A stretch of DNA of 64,000 bases from Fonticula alba ATCC 38817 (lineage: Eukaryota > Protista > Nucleariida). Shown one piece after another: positions 24,244-38,727 of this stretch. Within the stretch, counting starts at the first letter, position 1, and each line of letters begins with the position of its first letter. The notes below the pieces were generated by a model. The model searched no databases. It had not been told where the DNA came from and saw only the letters and a program-made list of their open reading frames with translations. The stretch lies in NCBI GenBank assembly GCA_000388065.2, contig KB932211.1; one strand, written 5' to 3'. The position numbers were made by a program, and so were the translations under genes.

Positions 24244-26187
24244 ATGCAGCTGGCCTCGAACCTCAGCCCGCACTCGTCCGGCGCGCCGGCCACGACCGGG
24301 CACAAGGCCTCCTTCTCGGCGCCGGCGCCGGCCGGCCCACGGGCGCCGCCGACCCCTCCGGCCCGGTCCACGGCCGGGTCGCCGGCCACCTCCCCCGGGG
24401 GGTGGTCCTGCCGCAGCACCCGGCCATCCGCCGGTCGATCGCCGACCTGTGCGGGGGGTTTGCCCCCTCGGAGCACTTTGCCCTGGAACTCCCCTCCGGC
24501 CATGGGGGCGGATCGACTGCCATCCCGGAAACCGTGGCCGATGCCCTGCCGGAGGGCTGCCCGACGGTGGAGCAGCTGGCCCAGCAGCCGGACAATGACA
24601 TCCGCTTTTACCGGGAGCACTTCCTGGACCGTGGTGCGTCCTCCCGGCCTCCCTCCTCCCTTTGCCACCTTTCGCACCGGGCATGCGTGTGCTCCGTGTG
24701 CTCCGTGTGCTCCGTGTGCTTGGATGCCGCGCGGCGACAGCGGCGGCATGGTTCCTCCCCCTGCTCCCCCTGCGCCGAGGGCAGCGCGTGCATGCCGCGC
24801 AGGGCGAGCGACCATGCGAAGAAGAAACTGACCGAAACACACGGTGCCCCCGCACCCCCTCCCGCCGCCGCCGCCCGCCAGACCACATGAACTTCCTCGC
24901 GCTCGAAACCCCCAGCGGCCCGGTGGCCGTGTCGATCGTCCTGGCGCCAGATGGCACGGCCGCCTCTCGCGGGCCGCACTACCTGTGTCTGGTGCGGACC
25001 GGGCGCGGGTCGCAGCAGACCACGCGCGGGGTGGCCCAGATCCCGGTGCCCTTCTTCCGGCGGCTGTTCGGCCTCGGGCCCTCGACGGATGCCCTGCTCC
25101 GGGGGCTGGTGTCGACGCCGCTGCCGGCCGGGGCCCTGCGCCTGAACCGGCATCCGCAGCTCCCCCGGGCACTGATCAGCATGGAGGAGCGCCAGGTGAT
25201 CCACAACTACAAGTTTGGCCTGCTGTATGCCCGCGCCGGGCAGGACACCGAGGCCGAGCTGCTGGCCAATGCCGACCCGGAATACCACACCCCCACGACC
25301 CCCGGGGCGCCGGCCCCGCTGCCGGTGTCCGAGGCGTATCGGCAATTCCTGGCCTGGCTCGGCGACCGGGTCACCCTCAAGGGCTGGACCGGCTACCGGG
25401 GCGGCCTGGACGTGGTGGACAATTTGACCGGCCGCGAGTCGGTATACGCCCTGTGGCAGGGGTACGACATCATGTTCCATGTGGCCACGATGCTGCCGCT
25501 GATCGACCAGGCCACCGGGGCCGGGGACCAGGCCGCCATCGCCGGGGGGTATGTCCAGCAGCTGGAGCGCAAGCGCCACATCGGCAATGACATCGTGGTC
25601 ATCGTCTTCCAGGATGCGGACACCCTGCCCGGGGCGCTGCCCTTCAATCTGGACAGCGTGGACTCCAAGCAGAACCATGTGTTTGTCAGTGTGACGCCGG
25701 TGCCCCGGAACCCGAACGACCCGCCCGGCACGCCGGACTACTACCGGGTGACGCTGGCCCGGAAGTCCGGCGTCCCGGGCTTCGGGCCGCCGCTGCCGAT
25801 CAAGGTGTCCCGCGATGCGGATGGTCGGAACTGGTTCCTGTACAAGCGTGCGTGCCGGACACCCTGGCCTCCTCCTTTCCCTTCTTCTTCTTTTATCCTC
25901 CCGCCGCCCGTACCTCTCTGCGATTTGCGCATGCGGAGGGGAGGGGGGGGGGGGCGGCTGATGTGATGTGCAATGCGCCCGGGCTTTCTCCCCTACCAGG
26001 GAGCCTCCTGTCCTTTCTCACCCTCGCCATTCGTGTGTGTCCCCCCACACCCCGCCTTGCCGTGCCGTGCCGTGCCACAACAGTCATCAGCGCCGAGCGT
26101 GCCTCCTACAAGGCGCCGAGCTTCGCGCCGAAGCTGGCCCGCACTCGGCAGGTCCTGCTTCATGACGTGGTCAAGACGCATATGTAA
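24244..26187 (+). CDS. Rap GTPase-activating protein (Rap1GAP-type), ~486 aa, 3 exons, with an apparent 1-nt frameshift near 24397-24402
   Basis: Exons 24244-24633, 24882-25847, 26084-26187 (1460 nt, one short of whole codons). DIRFYREHFL, HNYKFGLLY, LKGWTGYRGGLD, IMFHVATMLP, catalytic QLERKRHIGNDIVVIVF (Asn thumb), LISAERASYKAPSF. Confidence 0.88.
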
Positions 26188-28395
26188 GGCGTGCGCCTGG
26201 CCCTCGCGCGCCCGCTGCCTTCCTCCTCCTCCTTTTCCCCTTCACGATGTCCTTGAGAGCCGCCATGTTTGCTGCTGCGCACCCGTATGCCCCTCGCCTC
26301 CATTAATGTTCCTTGCCTTTCCCCTCACAATCAGTGACCTGTGAGCGCGAGAAAGATTCGACCTGAGGTCGAGAAATGTACTACCTTTCAAAGCATGGGC
26401 GGCCTCCTGGGGAGCGAAAGAGGGGCAGAAGGGGGGGGGGGGGGGGAAGCCGGCAGAGGGGGCACATAAAAAAACCGAGAGACAAAGAAAGAGAGAGGGC
26501 GGGGGGGGGAGAGGGAGAGACGCACACACAGCAGACACCGGACCGGCACGTCGAACCCGGTGGGTCGTACGCACAACAGAGCCGGGAGATCGCGCAGCCC
26601 TGCCGGCGGCTGGCGGAGTCGATCGGACGACTTGGTCATGTGGGGGCGTGATATTGGCCGGCGTGACCCGGGGCCGGTAACAAACGATGCCGGCGCCCCT
26701 GGCGGAGCGGCTGGAGAGGCTGCGAAAAAAAAGGGGAGAAAAACCGTAAGCGGTGAGACGCACCCGGGTGCGAACCGGGCAGGCGGCTTGCCCGGCGGCG
26801 GACACCTTCGTCGCCACGTTCACGCGCACGCGAGCCCCTCCCCCCGGGCAGGGGGGGTCGGTTGTCAGCAAGAGTGACACCCTACTCCGAGCGGTCGGCT
26901 CAGGCACCGGCGGGGGGGGAGAGAGCAAGGGCTACCAACAGTGGGAGGCACGCCGACGAAGGCCGAGGGGCGGGGGGGACGGGTTGGGGCAATTAGGAAA
27001 CCAGCCGCCAGTGGAAGACGACGAATTAGGTTGCCCTGTGTGTGGTGCTCGCGCGCGCGCATGTGCGTGTGTTACCGGGCCCGGGAAGAGGCCCCCGTCG
27101 GGGAGGGACGAGCCATCGGAGGCGCCGGTTCCCGGGCTTCACGCATGCGGTGCCAATAATCGGCCATTAATATTCCATCGTGGGGAGGTCTCCCTAGCAG
27201 GAGGGGGGGTGTATGTTGCTTTCTGCCCCCGGCAGTCCCCTCGCTTGTGCGTAGGGCGCCCTTCCTCGGCCGGTGAGTGCGTTGCTCGCCCGGGAAAAAT
27301 ATCCAGCGACGTGGCGGGGGGGGGGGGTAGGCACAGGCGCCGCCAGGCGGGATGCCACTCTCTGGGCGAGGGCCGAGGGGCGGCCAGCCGGCCCCCGGGG
27401 ATTAGGGCTTATGTTCAATTGTCCACATGAACTTTTGGCGGATCACTCGGGCACCAGTGACCACCCACCCGTTGCCCACAATGTTCGGTCGCCGGTGCGG
27501 CGGCGGCGCGCCCGGGGCCGGCGCAGGGGGCGAGGCCGGCCGGCTGTGTGCCATTTTCTCTGGGTGTGTGCGCGAGGGCGCGGCTCGGCCCGGTCTCGGG
27601 GGCCCGGCGACCCGGAGAGAGGGCGACGGCGACGAATGCGGAGTGTGCCTGCTGCCGCTGATGTGTCCCCTGCGTTCCGGGGCTGGGGCCTCCTGTGCCG
27701 GTTCGCGCTGGCGCCGGTCCCCCGCGGCACCGACGAGTCCGGCAGAGCGACATGTTCCCCTGCAGTTGTGGGTCGAGGGAGGGGCCGCAGACAGGGGGCG
27801 GGGCGATGTCCGCGTTCCTCGCGGATGCGTGCGCCCAGGGCCGATATGTAGCCTCCCCCCTGCTGGGAGAGTCTCGCAGGACCAAAGGGAGGTGTGTGAG
27901 CCCTGCTTCGGGGGGGGGGGGGGGGGGGGGGCGGGGGCCGGCTGAGAGCGAGGCAGGGTTTGTGGTGCGATGTGCTTCTCTCTCTCTCTCTCTCTCTCTC
28001 GAGTGCCGCGCCAGGATAACGCGTGGGCCTGTGACGCGGCGCCCGTGTGTGTGTTTGTGTTTGTGAGGGGGGCGGGAGGGGGGCACCACGGTGCCGGTGC
28101 CACCGCCGCCGGGGGGGGGGGGACCACCCCCGCTCGGGGTTAGTCACCGCAGCNNNNNNNNNNNNNNNNNNNNNNNNNNNNNNNNNNNNNNNNNNNNNNN
28201 NNNNNNNNNNNNNNNNNNNNNNNNNNNNNNNNNNNNNNNNNNNNNNNNNNNNNNGGGGGGGGGGTAGGGTCGGTGTGTGTGTGTGTCCATGTCCGTGTCT
28301 GCGTGCGGGGGTTGTGGACTTCCGGGCCCGGCGCCGGGCCGCCGCCCTCCCCCCGGGGAGCGGCAAGGACGGGGAGCAGGCAGCCAGCACTCCAG

Positions 28396-28403
28396 TATAA
28401 AAG
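28396..28403 (+). promoter_or_regulatory. TATA box (TATAAAAG), probably for the L41 gene
   Basis: Canonical TATAAAAG in otherwise very GC-rich DNA, followed about 50 nt later by a pyrimidine-rich stretch and a GTTCGT donor at 28483 that can splice to the CAG acceptor ending at 28840, 3 nt before the L41 ATG. Confidence 0.55.
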
Positions 28404-28843
28404 GCGGCACCAGGTCCACACTCCCCTGGGGCTTAGACCTCGGAGAAACTTTTGGTCCCCCCTTACCTTTTGTTTCTGATCCGTTCGTACAAACCCTCCT
28501 CCCCTTCTCTCCCCCCCCGCCCACTTGCCCATGCACACGCACGCACACCCGCGCCCCATCCTCCGCCCGCATGATGCGACCATCTGGTTCCTCCTCTCTG
28601 CCGCGCACATCCCCCCGGCGGCGCAGCTGTTCCCCCCTGCTGCGCTGCTGGCACCCTGCGCCGACACGATGAAGTCCGCTTGATCCTCACGCTCTGGAGC
28701 GCGCACGCGGGCGCATGTGGTGCTGCTGCTGCTGCTGCTGTTGATGCCCCTACCCCTGCTCCCCCTCTCGCTCGCTCCATCCCCCGAGGCCGCCCATACT
28801 GACTCAGCCCCCCTTCTCTTCCTCTCTCGCGTATCCGCAGAGG

Positions 28844-28921
28844 ATGCGTGATAAGTGGAGAAAGAAGCGCCAGCGCCGCCTCAAGCGTAAGCGCAGAAAG
28901 ATGCGCCAGCGCTCTAAGTAA
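28844..28921 (+). CDS. RPL41: Ribosomal protein eL41 (eS32), 25 aa
   Basis: ATGCGTGATAAGTGG...TCTAAGTAA translates to [25 protein letters not shown], against the conserved [25 protein letters not shown]. Too short for the supplied ORF track. Probable 5'-UTR intron 28483-28840. Confidence 0.96.
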   Translation: [25 protein letters not shown]

Positions 28922-29646
28922 GTGAATCGCGCCGCGACAGCGGAGGCGGCTCGCCCCCACTCCCCGGACACCTAACAGGGACATAGACCGCTGGTCGTCG
29001 GGCTGTCTCATCCTCCAGCCTGCGGCCCGTACTGTTTGGGTCCCACCCGGGAAGTGGACGAGTCTTCCCCCTCCCCCCTTGCCTCCGCTGTCACACAGCT
29101 GTGCAGGGGCGTGTCCCCCCCCCGTGCGCGCGCTTCCATCAGCGCCCCGCCGGGTCCCGTGGCGAAGAGGGGAGGGCCTATGCCCCTCTCTCTCCCGCCC
29201 CGTGTGCCTGGTGTGGGCCGGTGCGCGCCGGACCAGGCCCCACGTCCCTTGCCGCTGTGCGCCAGGCCATCCGCCAGCTTTCCCGCCTCTTCCCCCTTCC
29301 CCCCTCTCCTTGGAGGGGGGCCGGGGGGGGGCCGGGGCTGCTGGCGTCCCTTGGTCTGGCTTGGCCGATGCTCACTCCCCCGACATATTTCCCTGCCAAC
29401 ATTATCCTCCCCCCCCTTGTTGTTGACAGAAAGTGCCTCAGTTTTTTCTTTCGGCTGCGTCCCTGGCTAGGGCCCCCCTCCTCCCCGACTTCCCTTCCAG
29501 TTGCCGGGCGGGGCGGGGGCGGCTCTCTCTCTGTGGCCGCCGCCGAATAAATCAACCGTTTTCACATAAGATCCCCCTTGTTTTGTTTTCTCCCTGTCTT
29601 TTCCCTTGTTTGTGTGTGTGTGGGCCGCGGGCGAGGGTGTCTCCTT

Positions 29647-29679
<33 letters not shown>

Positions 29680-30872
29680 GCGCTGTGTGCGCCCGGGCAT
29701 CATGTGTGGTGGCGGTCGTTTTTTGCGCGCGCGCTGGAGGCCGGGAGCGCCCTGTGTCCGCTCGCGCCCGTCCTTTTCGGGAGACCATACCATCTGTTTT
29801 CCCTGCCGCACAGCGCGCGCCGACGTCCATCTCTTCACCGGCAAGGCCCCGCCGTGCGTGTGATGGGGGACTCTCAACCCGCCATGCGGCCGTGTGTGGA
29901 GCACGCATGGACGCGGCTCCCCCCTCCTCGGGGTGGGGCGCAAGGCGAGGAGAAAGGCGTGGAGCCTCTGTTTTTAGTGCGAGGAGGAGGGGGCATGTGT
30001 CTGGCGGGACTTTCCCACGCGACAAGGCGTGGCTTGCCTTGCTGTTGAGCCGACCAGCGCCTCGGCTCCTGCGGCGGCCCCTTTCCGCTGCTCCTGCGTC
30101 AGGGCCGCCAGAGGGGACAGGCGCCTGGAGGAGGACCCGCGCCGGCGGCTCACATCGCGGGGGACAATCGGATGGCCGGTGCATCCGATGCCGTCGGCGG
30201 AGATGTGGGCTATGGAGGCATTTTTGGCCTCCGGCCCGGGAGGCGCCCCCGGGAGGCGTGAGGGTCTCGGCAAAAAAGGCATCGAGAGGGACGCCAAAAT
30301 GGCCCCTCGAGCGAATTAAGAAATAACAAAAGAGGGACGTGAATTACACCCGGGACTGCCAACGCACACCCGATACTCGTTCCCGCGCTTCCACACATGC
30401 AGAATGTGTTCTCAAAGTAAAACACGCCATGTGCGGCGCGCCCTTGTCGCCGCCCCCTTCGTCGCCCGCCTGCGGGCGTGAGGCCCGGGGGGAGAGGGGC
30501 GGGGGCCGGCTGGGTGAAGAGATTGCCGCTGCGTCCCGGTGGCCGGCGAGAACCGCCGCGGGAGGGGACCGGCGAGAAGTACCCTAGCCCTCATGTAGGA
30601 AGGCATGGCGGCGATCTTCCAGCCTTCCTTTCCCTCGGGGGGGAGGGGGGGGGGGGGAGCCGAACGGGGGAGAGCCGAACGGGGGAGAGGGGCGGCCCGC
30701 CGGGGCCGAGCTTATCAGTGCCAGTGTCATGAGGGTCCCCGGGAGCCAACCTGACTGGCCCATCAGACACTCTGCCCCCCCTCCCTCCGCGCCCACTCCC
30801 CATTTCTGCCGTTTTTTGTTTCCCCCCTCTGCCGCTCCCTCGTCTGGCCCTCCCCGCCATCTGCTCCCGAGT

Positions 30873-33518
<2,646 letters not shown>

Positions 33519-33799
33519 GGCTGGTAGCCATATGCTGCCCCTGGCTGGACTTGGGCCGAGGGAAGGGGGGCAGTGTGTGTGTGTGTGTGTGTGTAAATGT
33601 CTCAGGGCATCCCAACAGGAGGGACGCCGCAGTCGCCCCTCTTCTTCACCTCTCTCTCCCCCCCCCGCCCCTTCCTGCCTTGATGGCCTTTTCCTCCAAG
33701 AAGATATACCGATAGATAGATAGATATATTGTACAAGGGCGTCCCCTTCGCTGTTTGGGTAAGGGACAGGAGCGGTGACTGGCCGGTGTGTATGTCTGC

Positions 33800-34612
33800 T
33801 TAGAAGCGCATGTGGAGGCGCTCCTCCATCTGGGCGTGGACGGAGATGGGGGCGCGGGGAACATCGATGACTGTGTGCACGGGGAAGGCCCGCGGGGAGG
33901 AGGGGGAGGGGGGGGGGGGCCTGTTAGTGGGGCGGTGGACGGGGCGCACATGGGCACCATCGGGCAGGGGAAGGAGAGCAGGGGACGCACCGCCATAGAC
34001 ATCCTGCACGTCGAGGTCGGTATCGCGACCGGTCAGCACGTCGAAGGCCAGGTTGGAGGAGAGGCCGTGGACGCCAGCAAGACCGGCCCGGTTGGAGGCC
34101 AGCGAGGTGGCCCACTGGCGCTCCATCTGGTACATGATCGGGGCATTGAGGCCCTGGGTGCCACGAAGGACGGCCATGCGGCGGGCATCCTCGAGGGCGG
34201 CGGCCTGTGTGGGACGGGGAGGGACCGCCATGGGGGGACAGGAGGAGGAGTCAGTAGGGTCTCCTCATGCGGCATAGGTGTATATATATATGTGTGTGTG
34301 TGTGCGCGTGTGGCGCGCGCGTGCGAGGCGAATCAAAGCGCGTACCTGAGTGGCGACGGGCTCCATCGGGTGGGAGGCGACCACGGCATTACGGGGGGCC
34401 ATCGTCTCGCCGGTGGCATGGCCGAGGCCGCGGCCCTCGCGCAGGGGGTCGCGGACACCCTGGGTGCCGCACAGCGGGGTGCTGACCGAGGAGGCCGAGG
34501 AGGTGGACGAGGCCGACGGGTGCAGTGCGAAGTCCTGGTGGGGAGGGGCAAGACAGTCAGCGGGGGGCGTGATGGCGCGGCGCCAGGGGGGGAAGGGGAG
34601 GTGACGAACCAT
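33800..34612 (-). CDS. UMP1: Proteasome maturation factor UMP1/POMP, 158 aa, 4 exons
   Basis: Exons 34612-34610 (ATG only), 34534-34346, 34204-33991, 33870-33800 (477 nt). DPLREG, SHPME, LRGTQGLNAPIMYQMERQ, SSNLAFDVLTGRDTDLDVQDV, VHAQMEERL match the Ump1 family. Confidence 0.88.
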
Positions 34613-35053
34613 GGTGATTCCGGGGGCGGGGCGAGGGCAGAGGGGCAGGGGATGGGTGGGGATGAGCGGGGATGGAGGGAGGAGGAGAGGGGGCCGAGGG
34701 AAGGGGGAGGGGAGGGGGAGGCTGATGTGCATATACCCCGGCAGCCGCCAGGCTCCAGGGCCGGGGGGTGGCCTTTTCAGGTCCGTGTCTAGCTCTGACT
34801 AGGGGAGGCGTTGTTCCGACGGAGGGAGGAGATCGGCGGGGGAAGGGGGCCGGGGCAAACCTCGGGATACGCAATGGCCCCAGGCGGGCGGGCGGGCGGC
34901 CGGGCGGGCAGAGGCGGGCTGAGCTCAACACGGACGGGCCGAGCAGCTGTCATTCCTTCTGGAACGGCAAGCCACCGGGGCACCTTCTCGAACCACGCGA
35001 GAGGCTGGGCAGGCGTCGCGCCCCGTCCCTCCCCCTCCGCCCCCCCCCCCCCG

Positions 35054-35096
<43 letters not shown>

Positions 35097-35875
35097 GCTC
35101 TCGCGCTCCCGCTCTCTCTCCCTCTCCCCCCCCCCCCGGGCGGGACTGCGGAACGGGCGCCGCAGATGCCAACGGAGCATCCCGTTCGCGACACGGACCC
35201 GGGGCTCTCCCGGCGGGGGCTTTCTTTGGTCCTTTCAATGGATGAGCATTATCCCGTTTCTCTTCCCCCCCCCCCCCTCTCTCTCTCTCTGGCAATCTCG
35301 CGGGGAGCAGTCTATTTTGTGGGTGTGTAAAAAGCGCGTGTGCGCGGCTGCACGCAATGTGGGCATGGGCGGGCGCGGGCGTGTGTGTGTGTGTGTGTGT
35401 GTGTGTTCACCCCGGCGGTGGTGTCTAGCGGGGGCGGGGGTCGCATTATTTGTCCGCCCTGCCCCCTTCGAGGCGGGCCCCGTTTCCCGGCGGGGAAAAC
35501 ACATCGAGGGAGCCACGAAAGGGGGCCCCAGCACGATGTTGCGCGTGGATGCGCACACAACATGCCCCCCTCCCCCCTCTCTCTCTTGGGCTCCCCATAC
35601 GCCCCCCGGGGGCGCGGGTCCCTGAGCCCCAGCCCCTCATACCATTGGAGGGGCGGCGGGAGGGGGTGGGATCTCACAAACTGCTGCTGCTGCTACTGCC
35701 CGGATGATATGTGTGTGTGTGTGTGGGAAGGGAAAGGAGGGAAGGGAAGGGAGGAAGGGGGGGGGGGAAGTCAAGTACAAAGGTGCACCACCTTCTCTTG
35801 CCCTGGCAGGGCCGCTCTCTTGTGGGCGGCGTTCGCACGGGCGCACGGGAGGGCACGCGCATGCCGTGCTCCCTC

Positions 35876-38674
35876 TCAGTAGAGGTCATCGTCCGAGCGC
35901 GACCCCCGGCGAGAGGAGGACAGGGAGGAGGGCGGGGGCGACCGGCGGCCGGCATGGTCGCGATGGTGGTCGCGATCGCCCCGGTGCTCGCGGTAGTGGT
36001 GGTCACGGTGGTGGTCGCGGTCGCCCCGGTGGTAGCGCGCCGCGTCCGGCGAGGGGGACCGCGACCCTGGCCGGTAGTGCTGGTGGTCGCGATCGCGATC
36101 GCGATCACGATGGTCACGATGGTGGTGGTCATAGTCCAGGTCATCTGAAGAGCCGCGGGCACCAGGGCGCGAGGAGCTGCCGCCGCCGCCGCCGCTGGCG
36201 CCCGAGCGCCGGCCGGAGGAGGAGGAGGAGGAGGAGGAGGAGGAGGCAGGCCCCTGCGACCGGTGGGACTTGCGACTGGGGGAGAAGCGCGCATCATCGG
36301 CGCCCAGCTCGGCCAGGTCGCGCTTGCGCCCGCCGGCGGTGGTCGGCGACGCGCCCGACCCATCGGTCTTCAGGGTCAGCGTCAGCCGGGTTTGGGTTTG
36401 GCGCGAGTTGGTGGTCCCGCCGCCGATGGACACCGGGTGCTGCTGCTGATGCTGCGAGGCCTGGGAATCGGCCCCGGCCCCGATGCCGACTGGCCGAGCG
36501 GCCGAGCGCTGCGGCGTGGCCGGGCGCTTCTTGGCCAGCTTGGCATACAGTGACGACAGCATGCCGGCATCGTAGTCCGACTGGTCGATGGTCCGGGCCA
36601 CGAAGGCCCACATTTGCTCGCGCCGGGGGAAGGTCTGCCCACCGCGGACCGGGCGCAGGCCCAGCTTGCGCCGGGACTCCACCTCGTCCACCCGCTCGCC
36701 GATGGCCTGCAGGGCGGTCCGCACCACGGCCAGGACCTTGGCCTGGTCGGCGATGTCCCGGGCATTGGCGATCTGCGCCACATGGCCGAGCACATCGCCG
36801 AGAGCCTGCTCACATGCGATCCACTCGGCATCCTCGGCGATGGCGTCGGCGGAGGAGCTGGCCCCACTACCGGGGGAGCCGCCGGAGGACTTGCCGCCAT
36901 CGAAGTGGCCCTCCTCGCCGCCGGCGGGCCCATCGTCGCCCATGGCGGCACCAGCACCCGCGCCGCCGGCCGTGGCAGCCGGCGTCATCGTCGTGCTAGT
37001 TGTCGCGGTCGCGGTCGCCGCGGCCGCGGCGGCGGCGGCCGCCGCCGAAGACAGGGTCTTACCGCTGATCTTCAGCTTGAGGGTCGGCTGGGGGCCCGGG
37101 GGATCGGCCTTGGCCGCGCGGGAGGCGGCGGCCGCGGCGGCCGCCGCGGCGCGGGAGCTCTGGCGCCCGGAGCGCGTGGCCGTCGGCGCCGGGGAGGCCG
37201 TGCCCGAAGACAACTCCGATGGCGACCCGACATCGGCCCCGCCGCCGCCATTGGACATTTCATCCTCCCGGCGGCGGATCTGCCGGAAGAGGTAGTCCGT
37301 GCGCTTCATCACATGGCGGAAGCCCGGGGTCGGGGCTGCCCGACCGGCGGCCTCGGCCTCGGCCGTTTGGTCCCGGCCGACGATCTTCTTGGCCAGGCCC
37401 AAGCTCGGATCCAGACGGATGGGCTCCCAGTGGCCATACCCATGGCGCAGGACGCCCACCAGGAGCATGCTGTCATCCTTGTCGGTCCAAGGGTGGTCCC
37501 AAGTTGGCCGGGAGGTGGTGATCAGACCCTTCAGGCGGAAGTCCGTGTCATTGGCATGGCGACGGACCAGCTGCCGGAGGGTGGCCAAATCCCGGATCCG
37601 CGCCACCGTGTCCGTGGCATTGAGGCTGACCCCGTGAATGTCGACCTGGATGGCGGCCCCGGCGGCCGGCAGCTTGGGAGGCCGGGCCCCGGCCTCCAGG
37701 AGGCGCTCGCGCTCCAGCTCGCGCTCCCGCTCGCCGGCCAGCTGGGCCGTGGTACAGCGCGAGACAATCATCTCGAAGAGGTCGCGAATTTGGGTGTTGT
37801 CGAATTTGCCGAGATTGGCCTCCTCCGTGACCAGGGCCAAAAACTGGGCGTCATGCGCGCGGGCCGTGTCCCCGGTCATGTCTTCCCCGCCGTAGGTCGA
37901 CTCGGCCGAGAAGGAGGAGGTCATCATGGACCAGCCGAATTTGCGCAGAGCCCGGTGGGCATTGCGGATGTTGCGGTCGGTGATGATGGACTCGGTCCGG
38001 CGGGCGCCAGCGCCACCGCGCCCGAACCCACCTCCCAGGGAGGAGGATGACCCGGACACGCCGCTGGAATAGTCATCCTCATAGTCCTCGTCGGAGTCGC
38101 CGGCGTCGACGCCATGGGGATCGCGCAGGGCCCCGCCCGGCAGGCGGCGCCGCCGCCGCCGCGGCGGCAGCACCAGCACTCCGTCCACCATGACCGCGTT
38201 GCCGGCATTGTCCCCGGTGTACCCGAGCGACTCGCGCACCTGGCGCTCCTTCTCCTCCTGGGCCGCGCGCTGGCGGTCCTCCTCCGGGATGATGCTGTCC
38301 CACTCGAAGTCCGCCACTTGGAAGGAGTTCAGCAACTCCGAGGCGCCGGAGTCGTCCTCGGCCGCGGCCTCTGCGTCGCGCGTCTCCGCACGAGCAAGCA
38401 CATCATCGAGATCGATGTCCTGGCCCGCACATGTGTATGTTAGTGCGTGCGTGCGTGCGCGTGCTTGTGCGTGTATATGTGTGCATGTGCATCGGGCTGG
38501 TGGGCTTTTGGGGGCGGGAGGGGCACAAGACACACCTCCTGCGGCGGATGGGCCTCCATCGAGGAATCGGGCATGTCATCGGGGTTGGCACCGTCCTTCT
38601 TCCGGGACTTGAAGAGATCCTGTGCGCCGAACTTGAGGATCTGCTGGATGTCGCTCTTGCTGTGTGTGCATGTA

Positions 38675-38727
<53 letters not shown>

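Noticed and set aside
26655-26675. In-frame TGA in a GC3-rich minus-strand frame (near 26637-26639) as possible selenocysteine
   Set aside because: No redox motif around it, no recognisable SECIS and no selenoprotein similarity.
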